From positions 1-32,575 of the forward strand of contig CBDVDH010000046.1 in the NCBI GenBank assembly GCA_965372715.1: a DNA stretch of 32,575 bases. The letters run 5' to 3'. Within the stretch, counting starts at the first letter, position 1, and the number at the start of each line of letters is the position of its first letter. The notes beneath the pieces are model-generated. The model did no database searches, was not told where the DNA came from, and was given only the letters and a program-made list of their open reading frames with translations. The position numbers and the translations under genes are program-made. The stretch is from an uncultured bacterium (lineage in GTDB: Bacteria; B130-G9). Positions 17,276-25,398 of the stretch are shown here, in pieces.

Positions 17276-18120
17276 CAGACCTCCTCGGCGAACGAATCGC
17301 GGAACTTCTCAAATATGAGATATCCCAAAAAGAGTATGACCAGCGACGCCGCCAGCATCACGACCAACTCTGCAAAAGACGGCGCTATCCTACATAGAAA
17401 GATCTTATGATGCGCGATTATCAGATACGCCATGGGATTGTAATCGATAGCGAGACTCTTGAGTATCTGCGGAACCTGCTTCGAGCTCAGCTGCATCACA
17501 GGGTAGATTATTGGCGAGGCGAAGAACCAGAGCGTCATTAGGTTGACCACGATGTGCTGGATGTCCCTCAGGTGCACCGTGAGCGCCGAGAGCGCAAGCG
17601 CAAGGCCATACGTGAATATGAGCTGGATGAGCATCAGCAGCACGAACGAGACCACCAGCCAGACCGGGTTCGAGGCGGTTACATCGGCCATCGCTGAGCC
17701 GAGAACATCCTTGGGCTCTGGCGCGCCGTTCAGCGCCAGGAACGGGATGAGTATCACGAGGCTCAGCAAGTAGTGGACGAGGTTCGTCAGCACGGACACA
17801 AGCGGCAAGACCTCCGCCGGGAACATGACCTTTTTTATCAGGTTGCCGCCGGAGACGATCGAGACCGTCGCCTCGTTAATGGAGCTCGCGAACCAAATCC
17901 AGGGCAGAAGTCCGGTCAGCAGGAACGAGGCGTATTTGGGCATGCCGAAGCGGAGAAAGATCGTAAAGACAGTCGCATAGACGGCCATGAGCAGCAGGGG
18001 ATTTAGGAATGACCACAAGAAGCCAAGCAGCGAGCTCCTGTATCTCGCCTTCAATTCCCTCGAGACGAGCGCCTGGACGAGCGCCCTGTGGTTGTAAATG
18101 CTGACGATACTGTCCTTCAT
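17275..18120 (-). CDS. wzm: Polysaccharide ABC-2 exporter permease
   Basis: RELKARYRSSLLGFLWSFLNPLL, LIKKVMFP, WFFASPIIYP, NPMA; TGATG overlap with wzt. Confidence 0.93.
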   Translation of the reverse strand: MKDSIVSIYNHRALVQALVSRELKARYRSSLLGFLWSFLNPLLLMAVYATVFTIFLRFGMPKYASFLLTGLLPWIWFASSINEATVSIVSGGNLIKKVMFPAEVLPLVSVLTNLVHYLLSLVILIPFLALNGAPEPKDVLGSAMADVTASNPVWLVVSFVLLMLIQLIFTYGLALALSALTVHLRDIQHIVVNLMTLWFFASPIIYPVMQLSSKQVPQILKSLAIDYNPMAYLIIAHHKIFLCRIAPSFAELVVMLAASLVILFLGYLIFEKFRDSFAEEV

Positions 18121-18301
18121 ACTCTAGCCTTCTTGACTGAATGGGATATGCACACGCTTGCACGGCTATTGGTATAGTGCTCGAATTGCCCAGCAGTGTA
18201 AAGATGCTGGGATGAGGGTGTTCCCCAGAGTGGGGAATTGGGTCAAGGGGGCGAATCTCCGGCTTTCGGCCCCTGCTCTTGAGTGATACCTTGGGTCGGT
18301 C

Positions 18302-19411
18302 ATGACCCCAAGGAAGATACTCGTGGCATTCGGGACCAGGCCCGAGGCGATAAAGCTCGCGCCGGTTATCCTTGCGCTTAGGCGGGAGGCGGACGCCTTT
18401 GAGTGCGAGGTGTGCGGGACGGCTCAGCACCGCGAGATGCTGGACCAGGTCCTCGATGTGTTTGGCATTTCGCTCGATTTCGACCTGAGGCTTATGCGGG
18501 CGGAGCAGGAGCCATCGGACGTTATCTCCCGTGGTTTGCCGCTTTTCATGGATGCCTTGGCGGCGTCCAGGCCTGACCTCGTGCTCGTGCAGGGCGACAC
18601 TGCCAGCACTTTCCTGGCCGCGTTTGCGGCTTATTTGTCGAAGATTCAGGTCGCGCACGTTGAGGCGGGGCTTCGGACGTTCTGCAAGTATCATCCGTTC
18701 CCTGAGGAGATGAACAGACGTCTGACGAGCGCCCTCTGCGATTTTCATTTCGCCCCGACAGAGCGGGCAAGAGAGAACCTGCTGTCAGAGGGCTTGCCGG
18801 ACGCGGACATCGTTGTGACGGGTAACACTGCGGTGGACGCCTTGTTCTATGCGCTGAACAAGGGACGTAACGCGAATGTATCGCCCCTTGCCAAGTCGTC
18901 GTCACGGCTTATACTTGTTACGGCGCATCGGAGGGAGAGCTTTGGAGAGCCGTTGCGTCGGATATGCTCCGCTCTGAAGATGATCGCGGAGCAGCATCCG
19001 GGCTACACGATGGTGTTTCCCGTGCATCCGAATCCCAATGTGCGGTCGGTTGTGAGGTCGCTTTTGTCAGGAATCAAAAACATCAGGCTAATGGAGCCAA
19101 TGAACTACGACGAGTTCGTCGTTCTTATGAAGGAGGCATATCTGATCTTGACCGATTCGGGCGGCATCCAGGAGGAGGCGCCTTCGCTTGGCAAGCCGGT
19201 TCTGGTTCTTCGGGACAAGACCGAGCGTCCCGAGGGCCAGGAGGCGGGCGTTGCTATTCTGGTGGGTTCTGAGCCGGACAAGATATTCGACGAGACGCAC
19301 AGGCTGTTGATCGATGAAGGGTATTATCGTAGCGTTGTGTCGCGTAGGAATCCTTACGGCGACGGGAGAGCGTCGGAGCGGATAGTTGAGTTTCTCAAGG
19401 AGCGGGTTTAA
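18302..19411 (+). CDS. wecB: UDP-N-acetylglucosamine 2-epimerase (non-hydrolysing)
   Basis: FGTRPEAIKLAP, VQGDT, HVEAGLR, PFPEEMNR, TAHRRES, TDSGGIQEEAPSLGKP, NPYGDG. Confidence 0.97.
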   Translation: MTPRKILVAFGTRPEAIKLAPVILALRREADAFECEVCGTAQHREMLDQVLDVFGISLDFDLRLMRAEQEPSDVISRGLPLFMDALAASRPDLVLVQGDTASTFLAAFAAYLSKIQVAHVEAGLRTFCKYHPFPEEMNRRLTSALCDFHFAPTERARENLLSEGLPDADIVVTGNTAVDALFYALNKGRNANVSPLAKSSSRLILVTAHRRESFGEPLRRICSALKMIAEQHPGYTMVFPVHPNPNVRSVVRSLLSGIKNIRLMEPMNYDEFVVLMKEAYLILTDSGGIQEEAPSLGKPVLVLRDKTERPEGQEAGVAILVGSEPDKIFDETHRLLIDEGYYRSVVSRRNPYGDGRASERIVEFLKERV

Positions 19412-19435
19412 TGGGAATAAGAAGGCGATTCTAGG

Positions 19436-21235
19436 ATGAGTAAGGACCAGTCCGCCGGCCAGGCTTCCGCAGTCGCTCAGCTGTGCGACCGGTTGCTCTT
19501 TGGCCTTTTCGCGTCGATGCTATGCGTGTCGCCGTTCATATACCACAAGTACATGGATGCGAGCGTCGCCTTCCGCCGGCCCAAGGAGACCGCTTTTCAG
19601 CTCCTCTGCATTCTTATCATTGGGACGTGGCTGGTTAAGTATATCGAGAGCGGCAGGCTCTCCACTTTGGGGAAGCTCGCGAGGCCCAGGGGCTGGCTAG
19701 ACCTCTTGAAGCGGTCACCCATTGCCGCTCCGCTTCTGATGCTGGCCGTCGCGTGCCTCCTTTCCCTGATCAACGCTGCGAGCTACTTCTATTACTGGGA
19801 CACGGCGATAGGCGTCTTCGGCGGCATCTGCCTCTGCTTCATCCTCTATGAGGTGCTCAAGAACAACTACAAGCGGCTGTTGGGGTTTCTGGGCCTAATA
19901 GCGATAGCGAGCAGCTTCATGGGTGGGTATTGTATGCTTCAGTATTACAATCTCGACCCGCTTTTTGTGCCCAGGAAACCAGAATACGCCGGAAGAACCG
20001 TCTCGTCAGGCTTCATCGACAACCCCAATACAGTTTCGGGATACCTCGTCGTCGCTCTGCCGCTCTTGCTTAGCGTCTTCTTTTTCGCCAAGCGCAAGGA
20101 GGTCAAGGTCTATGGCCTGCTGGGCGCAATCGCGCTCTTCGGCGGGCTGCTCTCGGCGTGCACACGCGGCGCCCTACTTGCAGGAGTTTTCGCGGTCGGG
20201 GCATTTCTCATCTTGATGTTTTTCAGGAGCAAGTTTTCGCCCGGCGAGAAGCGGATGATTGCTATCGCGAGCGTCGTCGTGATCGGGTTCGTTGCTGTTT
20301 ATGTTGCCATAAACCCATTCATCTACCACAGAATCGCGAACATAAAGAGCGTCTTGAGCCTGCGGACGAACACGAGGTATATAGAATGGGCGTCCGGCAA
20401 GCGAATGATCGCGGACCACTTTCTCGTCGGCCTGGGACTCGGCAATTACAAGTATTATTACCTCGACTATCGCGGCGACGCGGTTCGTGAGACCGATTTC
20501 ATCGGGCGCTGGGAGAAGGCGAATCAGGCCCACAACGAGTATATACAGGTGGCGACGGAGCTTGGCTTCATCGGCTTATTCGCGGTGTTCTGGCTTGTCG
20601 CTTCCTTTAGCTGGTTCGTCATCCGGGAGGGCATCAGGTCTAAACGGCTCATGCGGGAGCTGGAAGAGCATCAGGCTCAACTGGAGCAGCGGCGCGTCCA
20701 TTTGCTCAACGGTTTGTTGGCTTCTTTTGTGGGGTTGGCGGGCCACTCCGCGTCCATGTTCCCCCTGCACATTGTGCCATCAGCGGTTGTCGGCATCTTC
20801 GTGGTTGCGATGGCTTGTGCGATAGCTCGGATGCCGAGGAAGTCGTTTGACCTTGCAGGGCCCTCGCTCAAGGGCGCTCTGTTCAATGAGGCCGATTATG
20901 CGCCCTTTATAATAGGTGTCTTCGTCCTTGGGGGCCTCCTGGCCATACCAATGCTGTGGTCTGACCCGGAGCGAATCAACATGACCTATGCAGAGGCTGT
21001 TCCGTGGGCCATCGGCGCGAGCATGGTCTTTCTTGCCGCGTTCCGGCGAAACGGGACGGTTTCCTGGCTTCGGGCCGTTCCTGCGGTCGCGGCGATGATA
21101 CTGGCGGAGGTGTTCTTGGCCAAAACAGATAGCACGCCAGCTCTCGTCTCGTATGCGGTTTTTGCCGTATTCGCAATCACGATCTGCGGCTATATCGGCA
21201 TAGGTATTGGCAGGCTCTTCCGCCGAGGGCTATAA
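19436..21235 (+). CDS. O-antigen ligase / O-oligosaccharyltransferase (Wzy_C) family membrane protein
   Basis: Polytopic; NPN, TRGA, R..EW..G..MI..H.LVGLGLGNY, AHNEYIQVATELGFIG. Confidence 0.88.
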   Translation: MSKDQSAGQASAVAQLCDRLLFGLFASMLCVSPFIYHKYMDASVAFRRPKETAFQLLCILIIGTWLVKYIESGRLSTLGKLARPRGWLDLLKRSPIAAPLLMLAVACLLSLINAASYFYYWDTAIGVFGGICLCFILYEVLKNNYKRLLGFLGLIAIASSFMGGYCMLQYYNLDPLFVPRKPEYAGRTVSSGFIDNPNTVSGYLVVALPLLLSVFFFAKRKEVKVYGLLGAIALFGGLLSACTRGALLAGVFAVGAFLILMFFRSKFSPGEKRMIAIASVVVIGFVAVYVAINPFIYHRIANIKSVLSLRTNTRYIEWASGKRMIADHFLVGLGLGNYKYYYLDYRGDAVRETDFIGRWEKANQAHNEYIQVATELGFIGLFAVFWLVASFSWFVIREGIRSKRLMRELEEHQAQLEQRRVHLLNGLLASFVGLAGHSASMFPLHIVPSAVVGIFVVAMACAIARMPRKSFDLAGPSLKGALFNEADYAPFIIGVFVLGGLLAIPMLWSDPERINMTYAEAVPWAIGASMVFLAAFRRNGTVSWLRAVPAVAAMILAEVFLAKTDSTPALVSYAVFAVFAITICGYIGIGIGRLFRRGL

Positions 21236-21237
21236 TG

Positions 21238-21284
21238 GATTGTGGATTGCGGGCTTGTCCGCCATAGCCGTAGGCGACGGCGGA
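21238..21284 (+). repeat. Short GATTGYG tract followed by a TCCGCCATAGCC-GTA-GGCGACGGCGGA hairpin
   Basis: gattgtg gattgcg, then stem tccgcc/ggcgga with inner gcc/ggc; shares CGCCATAG with the 22904 family. Confidence 0.65.
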
Positions 21285-21331
21285 TTATTGGCAGAGGGTT
21301 TTATGACCCTGAAGACGAATAGGAAGCGACG

Positions 21332-22885
21332 TTGAAAAGGCTTCTTCAGATAGCAGTAATCATCCTGACCGTATGGCTTTGCGCTACAATAGTTAGGCCT
21401 TTTCTGACGCAGGTCAACCTTGAGTGGGGGAAGCGCCGGATGGAGATGGCGCTCAAGATGGGTCAGGCCGCGAGCAAGAAGAAGGAGCCCGCGACGACCG
21501 CTCTTAGGGTACTTCGCGACGCGGAGCGATTCTTCAGTACTGCGAGGCGAGTAACGCTTGGCGACGGCCAGGTCTGGCTCTATCTCGCTAACGTTGCCAA
21601 TCTTGCACCCGGATTGGACAAGAGCATGTCGAAGGGCCGGCAGAAGAGCAAACAGCGGGAAGTGATCAAACTAGTCGATGAGGCGGAGGACTTCTACATC
21701 GACAACAACATGATCCTTCGCCGGGCGATGGCCTATTCGTCACTTGGGAACACGATGAAGGCGATTCAGGGCCTTGAGGCCGCTCTCTATTACTACGCCA
21801 TGTGGTCGCAGGCGATTAGGCCGATTGTTCACAGTTACAGGCGAGAGATTACGAAAAGGAACAAGAAAGAGCCGAAGCGGATTCTGAGAGCGATGGAGCG
21901 GCTGGTTGACAGGTTCCCTAAGAATCGTGACGCCGCGACGCATCTTGGCAGGCTCTATCTGGACCAGAAGCGGTCAGAGGAGGCGCGCATCTGCTTCCGG
22001 AAGGCGGAAGGGGGCAAAAAGGGCAACATTGAGCTAGGCAGACTGATTGCTCAGTCTTACATTCAGGAGGGTGACTTCAGAAGGGCGATTTGGGAGCTCT
22101 GTCGGGCGTTGCACTTCTCCAAGGCCAAGAAGAGCAAGGACCTCGCTCCCGTCATTGGAACGATGCGGGCTTGCCTTGCGCGCGATCCCAATAACGGGGA
22201 CGGGCATTTCATCATGGGCACGGTGCAGCAGGACCGTTTGGCGGACCTCAACGCGGCCAGGCGGGACTATCGCAACGCCTACAAGGTCCGCAAGGCGCAT
22301 CTTGAAACGGTCGAGAGGTTGGCCGAGGTGTGCGAGGGGCTGGGAGACACAGAGGCCGCTGCCAAGTGGCGGGAGGTTGCGGATAAGATCCGTGAGTACT
22401 CCAAGAAGGTACGGCTTGTTCTGCCGTCGGGCAAGAAGAGAGACGCCTATTGTTTGTTTGTGGCTGAGGCAAGTGAGCTTTCGCCCCTATTCGGCGAGGT
22501 CGTCGGGGACGACGCAGCCTCAAGCGGCAAAGCCGTCCTGCTGAGCAAGGACAACGGCCGCTCGGTGCCGATTTCGCTTCGGTGTCCGCCGCTCCCGGCT
22601 GGTGACTACGAGGTGAGCGTTAGAATGAAAGTCGCAGACCTGCTGGGGCCTCCTAAGTCCGCGGTGGCGTCGCTGTGGGTCCAGGGTGAGAGCGTGCAAC
22701 CCTTTGGATCGAGGAAAAAGGCCAAGCCCGTGTTTGTCCGCGATTTCAAGCGGGCAAATGAGTATCGAGACTTCACATACGGCTTTTATCATCCTGGCCT
22801 CGTCGATTATGAGATACGGATTGAATACAAGGCCCTCTGTGACGTGTATATCGACCGAATCACGGTCGGCTTCTTGGAGGATTGA
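21332..22885 (+). CDS. Membrane-anchored TPR protein with C-terminal beta-sandwich (carbohydrate-binding-like) domain
   Basis: N-terminal TM helix; TPR-like helices (HLGRLYLDQKRSEEARICFRKA, DPNNGDGHFIMG); C-terminal D..ASSGKAV...LPAGDYEVSVRMKV...VYIDRITV. Confidence 0.75.
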   Translation: MKRLLQIAVIILTVWLCATIVRPFLTQVNLEWGKRRMEMALKMGQAASKKKEPATTALRVLRDAERFFSTARRVTLGDGQVWLYLANVANLAPGLDKSMSKGRQKSKQREVIKLVDEAEDFYIDNNMILRRAMAYSSLGNTMKAIQGLEAALYYYAMWSQAIRPIVHSYRREITKRNKKEPKRILRAMERLVDRFPKNRDAATHLGRLYLDQKRSEEARICFRKAEGGKKGNIELGRLIAQSYIQEGDFRRAIWELCRALHFSKAKKSKDLAPVIGTMRACLARDPNNGDGHFIMGTVQQDRLADLNAARRDYRNAYKVRKAHLETVERLAEVCEGLGDTEAAAKWREVADKIREYSKKVRLVLPSGKKRDAYCLFVAEASELSPLFGEVVGDDAASSGKAVLLSKDNGRSVPISLRCPPLPAGDYEVSVRMKVADLLGPPKSAVASLWVQGESVQPFGSRKKAKPVFVRDFKRANEYRDFTYGFYHPGLVDYEIRIEYKALCDVYIDRITVGFLED

Positions 22886-22903
22886 CGCTTTATAGGCCGA
22901 TTT

Positions 22904-22946
22904 GCAGACTTCGCCATAGTAGCTCGCAGAGCTACGTCGGCTGAAC
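22904..22946 (+). repeat. 43-nt dispersed hairpin repeat
   Basis: GCAGACTTCGCCATAGTAGCTCGCAGAGCTACGTCGGCTGAAC; the copy at 30380 differs at only three positions. Confidence 0.9.
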
Positions 22947-22959
22947 AGGAGGGACAAGG

Positions 22960-23616
22960 ATGAAAATCAAATGGCTTGGACATTCCGCGTTCACCATCAC
23001 GGCGAGCGACGGGACAACGGTGCTGACCGACCCGTATAGGGCTGGCGCGTTCGACGGTGCGGTCGCATACGGCCCAATTGGCGGGCGTTTCGACGTCGTA
23101 ACAGTCAGCCACAAGCACGCTGACCACGACGGCGTTGATGGCCTTGCCGGAACCCCGACCCTGGTTGATTCGGTCGGCCGAACCGAGGCGAAAGGTATCG
23201 AGATCGAGGGCATTGCCTCGTTTCACGACAAGGTCAAAGGGGCCCAGCGAGGGCAAAACATCATCTTCTGTATCAAAGTCGATGGGTTGAAGGTCTGCCA
23301 CCTCGGCGATCTCGGACACATCCCGGATGAGGCCGCTCTCGCCAAACTCAGCGACGTTGACGTGCTGCTGACCCCGGTCGGCGGGACGTTCACGATCGAC
23401 GCGGGTGAGGCGTGGCAGACCGTCCAGAAGATCAAGCCCAAGGTCGTCATCCCGATGCACTTCAAAACGCCGAAACTTGGCTTTGATCTCGCGCGGGTTG
23501 AGCGGTTCACGGCCGGGAAGCCCGACGTTGTCCAAACCGGCTCTACTGAAGTCGAATTGACGCGCGAGACCCTGCCCATGGCGCCTCAGATTATTGTGCT
23601 CCAGCACGCCCTTTGA
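22960..23616 (+). CDS. MBL-fold metallo-hydrolase
   Basis: IKWLGHSAF, TDPY, TVSHKHADHD, HLGDLGH, PVGG, IPMHF; SD GGAGG. Confidence 0.93.
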   Translation: MKIKWLGHSAFTITASDGTTVLTDPYRAGAFDGAVAYGPIGGRFDVVTVSHKHADHDGVDGLAGTPTLVDSVGRTEAKGIEIEGIASFHDKVKGAQRGQNIIFCIKVDGLKVCHLGDLGHIPDEAALAKLSDVDVLLTPVGGTFTIDAGEAWQTVQKIKPKVVIPMHFKTPKLGFDLARVERFTAGKPDVVQTGSTEVELTRETLPMAPQIIVLQHAL

Positions 23617-23630
23617 TACGGGTGGGACCT

Positions 23631-25286
23631 CTATTCCTCGTTCCCAACACGGTATGAGTCAGTGATTCTGAACGGGAATAAACTGGGTGTTCCGATGAAC
23701 TCGAATTGGCCCGGCTCGGACAGCGCGGCCGCAAAGAGGTAGCTTCCGGTGCCTTCCGGGACGGTTGTCCGGAGGACCTCGCTCGGCCCGAAGTGAAACC
23801 CGCTGGGCAGCAGCACGTTGGACACCCAGGGGTATATCCCATTCGCCAGGCCCCCGGCCGTGAGTGAGACTACCACGCCGTTTGGCAGGACGAAGGCGAC
23901 ATAGACGTCAGCAGGAACATCTGGGCCAGGATTCTGTGCCTCGATGAACCCGACAAGCGTATCGCCCGGGGCAAATTCGCTTTCGTTGAGCCAGCATTCA
24001 ATCCGTAGGTTCTGGTCAAGCGCCGGCGAATAATGATAGCCGATGTCAACCATTCCCGCGTCCGGGACGCCATCCGTCCTCGTGGTGAACTTGTCCAGGC
24101 CGACGCTCTCCGCCGTGCCGCTTCCGGCGTCAATGCAGGGGCTGTCCGCAGCCTGGCCCGCTGCCGTGCAGGAAAGATAGTAATCGCCCAGCGGCCCCTC
24201 GACGAAGAGCGGATCATCCGAGATGTTGCCCTCGCCCCCGCCCGCCCAGTCCCGAATACACGAATACGTTATCACAGCATTTCCACAGTCTCCCAGCTCC
24301 GGGTGCGTGGGCGCGTCGTTTCCCCAAACGACGCAGTTGGTGATCGTGCCGCCACACGCGTACAGCGCGCCGCCGCCGCCCCCAAACGAGCCAGTTGCCG
24401 AGTTGCTGCTGATCGTGCAGTTGCTGATCGGGCCGTTGCACGAGTCAAGCCCCCCGCCCCAAAAAGCGGAGTTCCCGGTGATCGTGCAGTTGCTGATCGT
24501 CCCGTGGCAGGCGACAAGCCCGCCGCCGCGACCATACAAGCCGCGGCAAAAGTTGCCCTCGATCACACAGTTGCTGATCGTGCCATGACACCATGCCAGC
24601 CCGCCGCCGTGACCATACGAGCCGCAGGAAAAGTTGCCCTCGATCACACAGTTGCTGATCTCCCCATCACATCCGGCTAATCCGCCGCCGCTCACGAACT
24701 GCCCCGTCACCGAGTTGCCGGTGATCGTGCAGTTGCTGATCACGCCGTCACAGTAGGCCAGCCCGCCTCCCCCCCATGTTCCGGTCGAGTTGCCGCTGAT
24801 CGTGCAGTTGCTGATTTCGGCAAGCGTGCAAACCGGAGGATCGGACCACTGGTCCCCACCTAGTATTCCGCCTCCGCCTTTCCCGGAATCGCCGTTGGTG
24901 ATCGTGAAGCCAGAGAGCTGGCACCTCTCGTCTTCCGTGCCGGCAAACCTAACTACGCTGCCGTTCTGGCCGCCGTCAATGATAGTCGAGGCGACGACCT
25001 GTTCGTCCTCCGGGTCAACGGAACGCAGCGTTATGTTCTTGCCGTCGAAGTGGATGTTCTCATAGTAGGTTCCGGGATGCACCACTATGACGTCGCCATT
25101 CACCGCCGCATCAATTGCAGCCTGGATGGTCGTGGAATCCCCGCTCCCATCCTGATTGACCTGATACGTTGCACCAAAGCCCGGCGTCGGCAGAAGTGCG
25201 GCGCAGCAGAGCAAGAGACCGAGGATGAGTGTCCCTGTATTCCTGGGGCCTTCGAGCATTTGAAAACTTCTGCGCTTTCGATTCAC
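23631..25286 (-). CDS. Secreted right-handed beta-helix (pectin-lyase-like) repeat protein with C-terminal beta-sandwich domain
   Basis: Signal peptide; TIQAAIDAA..GD.I.V.PGTYYENI; seven ISNCxIxxN-type units joined by GGGL.xCxG; SPCIDAG, DIGYHY; SD GGGAGG. Confidence 0.88.
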   Translation of the reverse strand: MNRKRRSFQMLEGPRNTGTLILGLLLCCAALLPTPGFGATYQVNQDGSGDSTTIQAAIDAAVNGDVIVVHPGTYYENIHFDGKNITLRSVDPEDEQVVASTIIDGGQNGSVVRFAGTEDERCQLSGFTITNGDSGKGGGGILGGDQWSDPPVCTLAEISNCTISGNSTGTWGGGGLAYCDGVISNCTITGNSVTGQFVSGGGLAGCDGEISNCVIEGNFSCGSYGHGGGLAWCHGTISNCVIEGNFCRGLYGRGGGLVACHGTISNCTITGNSAFWGGGLDSCNGPISNCTISSNSATGSFGGGGGALYACGGTITNCVVWGNDAPTHPELGDCGNAVITYSCIRDWAGGGEGNISDDPLFVEGPLGDYYLSCTAAGQAADSPCIDAGSGTAESVGLDKFTTRTDGVPDAGMVDIGYHYSPALDQNLRIECWLNESEFAPGDTLVGFIEAQNPGPDVPADVYVAFVLPNGVVVSLTAGGLANGIYPWVSNVLLPSGFHFGPSEVLRTTVPEGTGSYLFAAALSEPGQFEFIGTPSLFPFRITDSYRVGNEE

Positions 25287-25398
25287 TTTTCTCCTCCCTT
25301 ATCGTGCTGCGTTAAAGGAACCGAACAGCTATTCATCTGTCCATAAGCATATCATACCCTCGTAATCCATCAAACCGTCGGTCACGATCAACACGCGC

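Noticed and set aside
17876-18748. 290-aa minus-strand ORF spanning wzm and wecB
   Set aside because: It overlaps two well-supported genes and has no motifs; typical shadow ORF in GC-rich DNA.
22807-23607. 266-aa minus-strand ORF
   Set aside because: Antisense shadow of the MBL hydrolase gene.
23631-25286. Diversity-generating retroelement target or template repeat
   Set aside because: There is no reverse transcriptase, and the differences between repeats are not adenine-specific; they are protein coil repeats.
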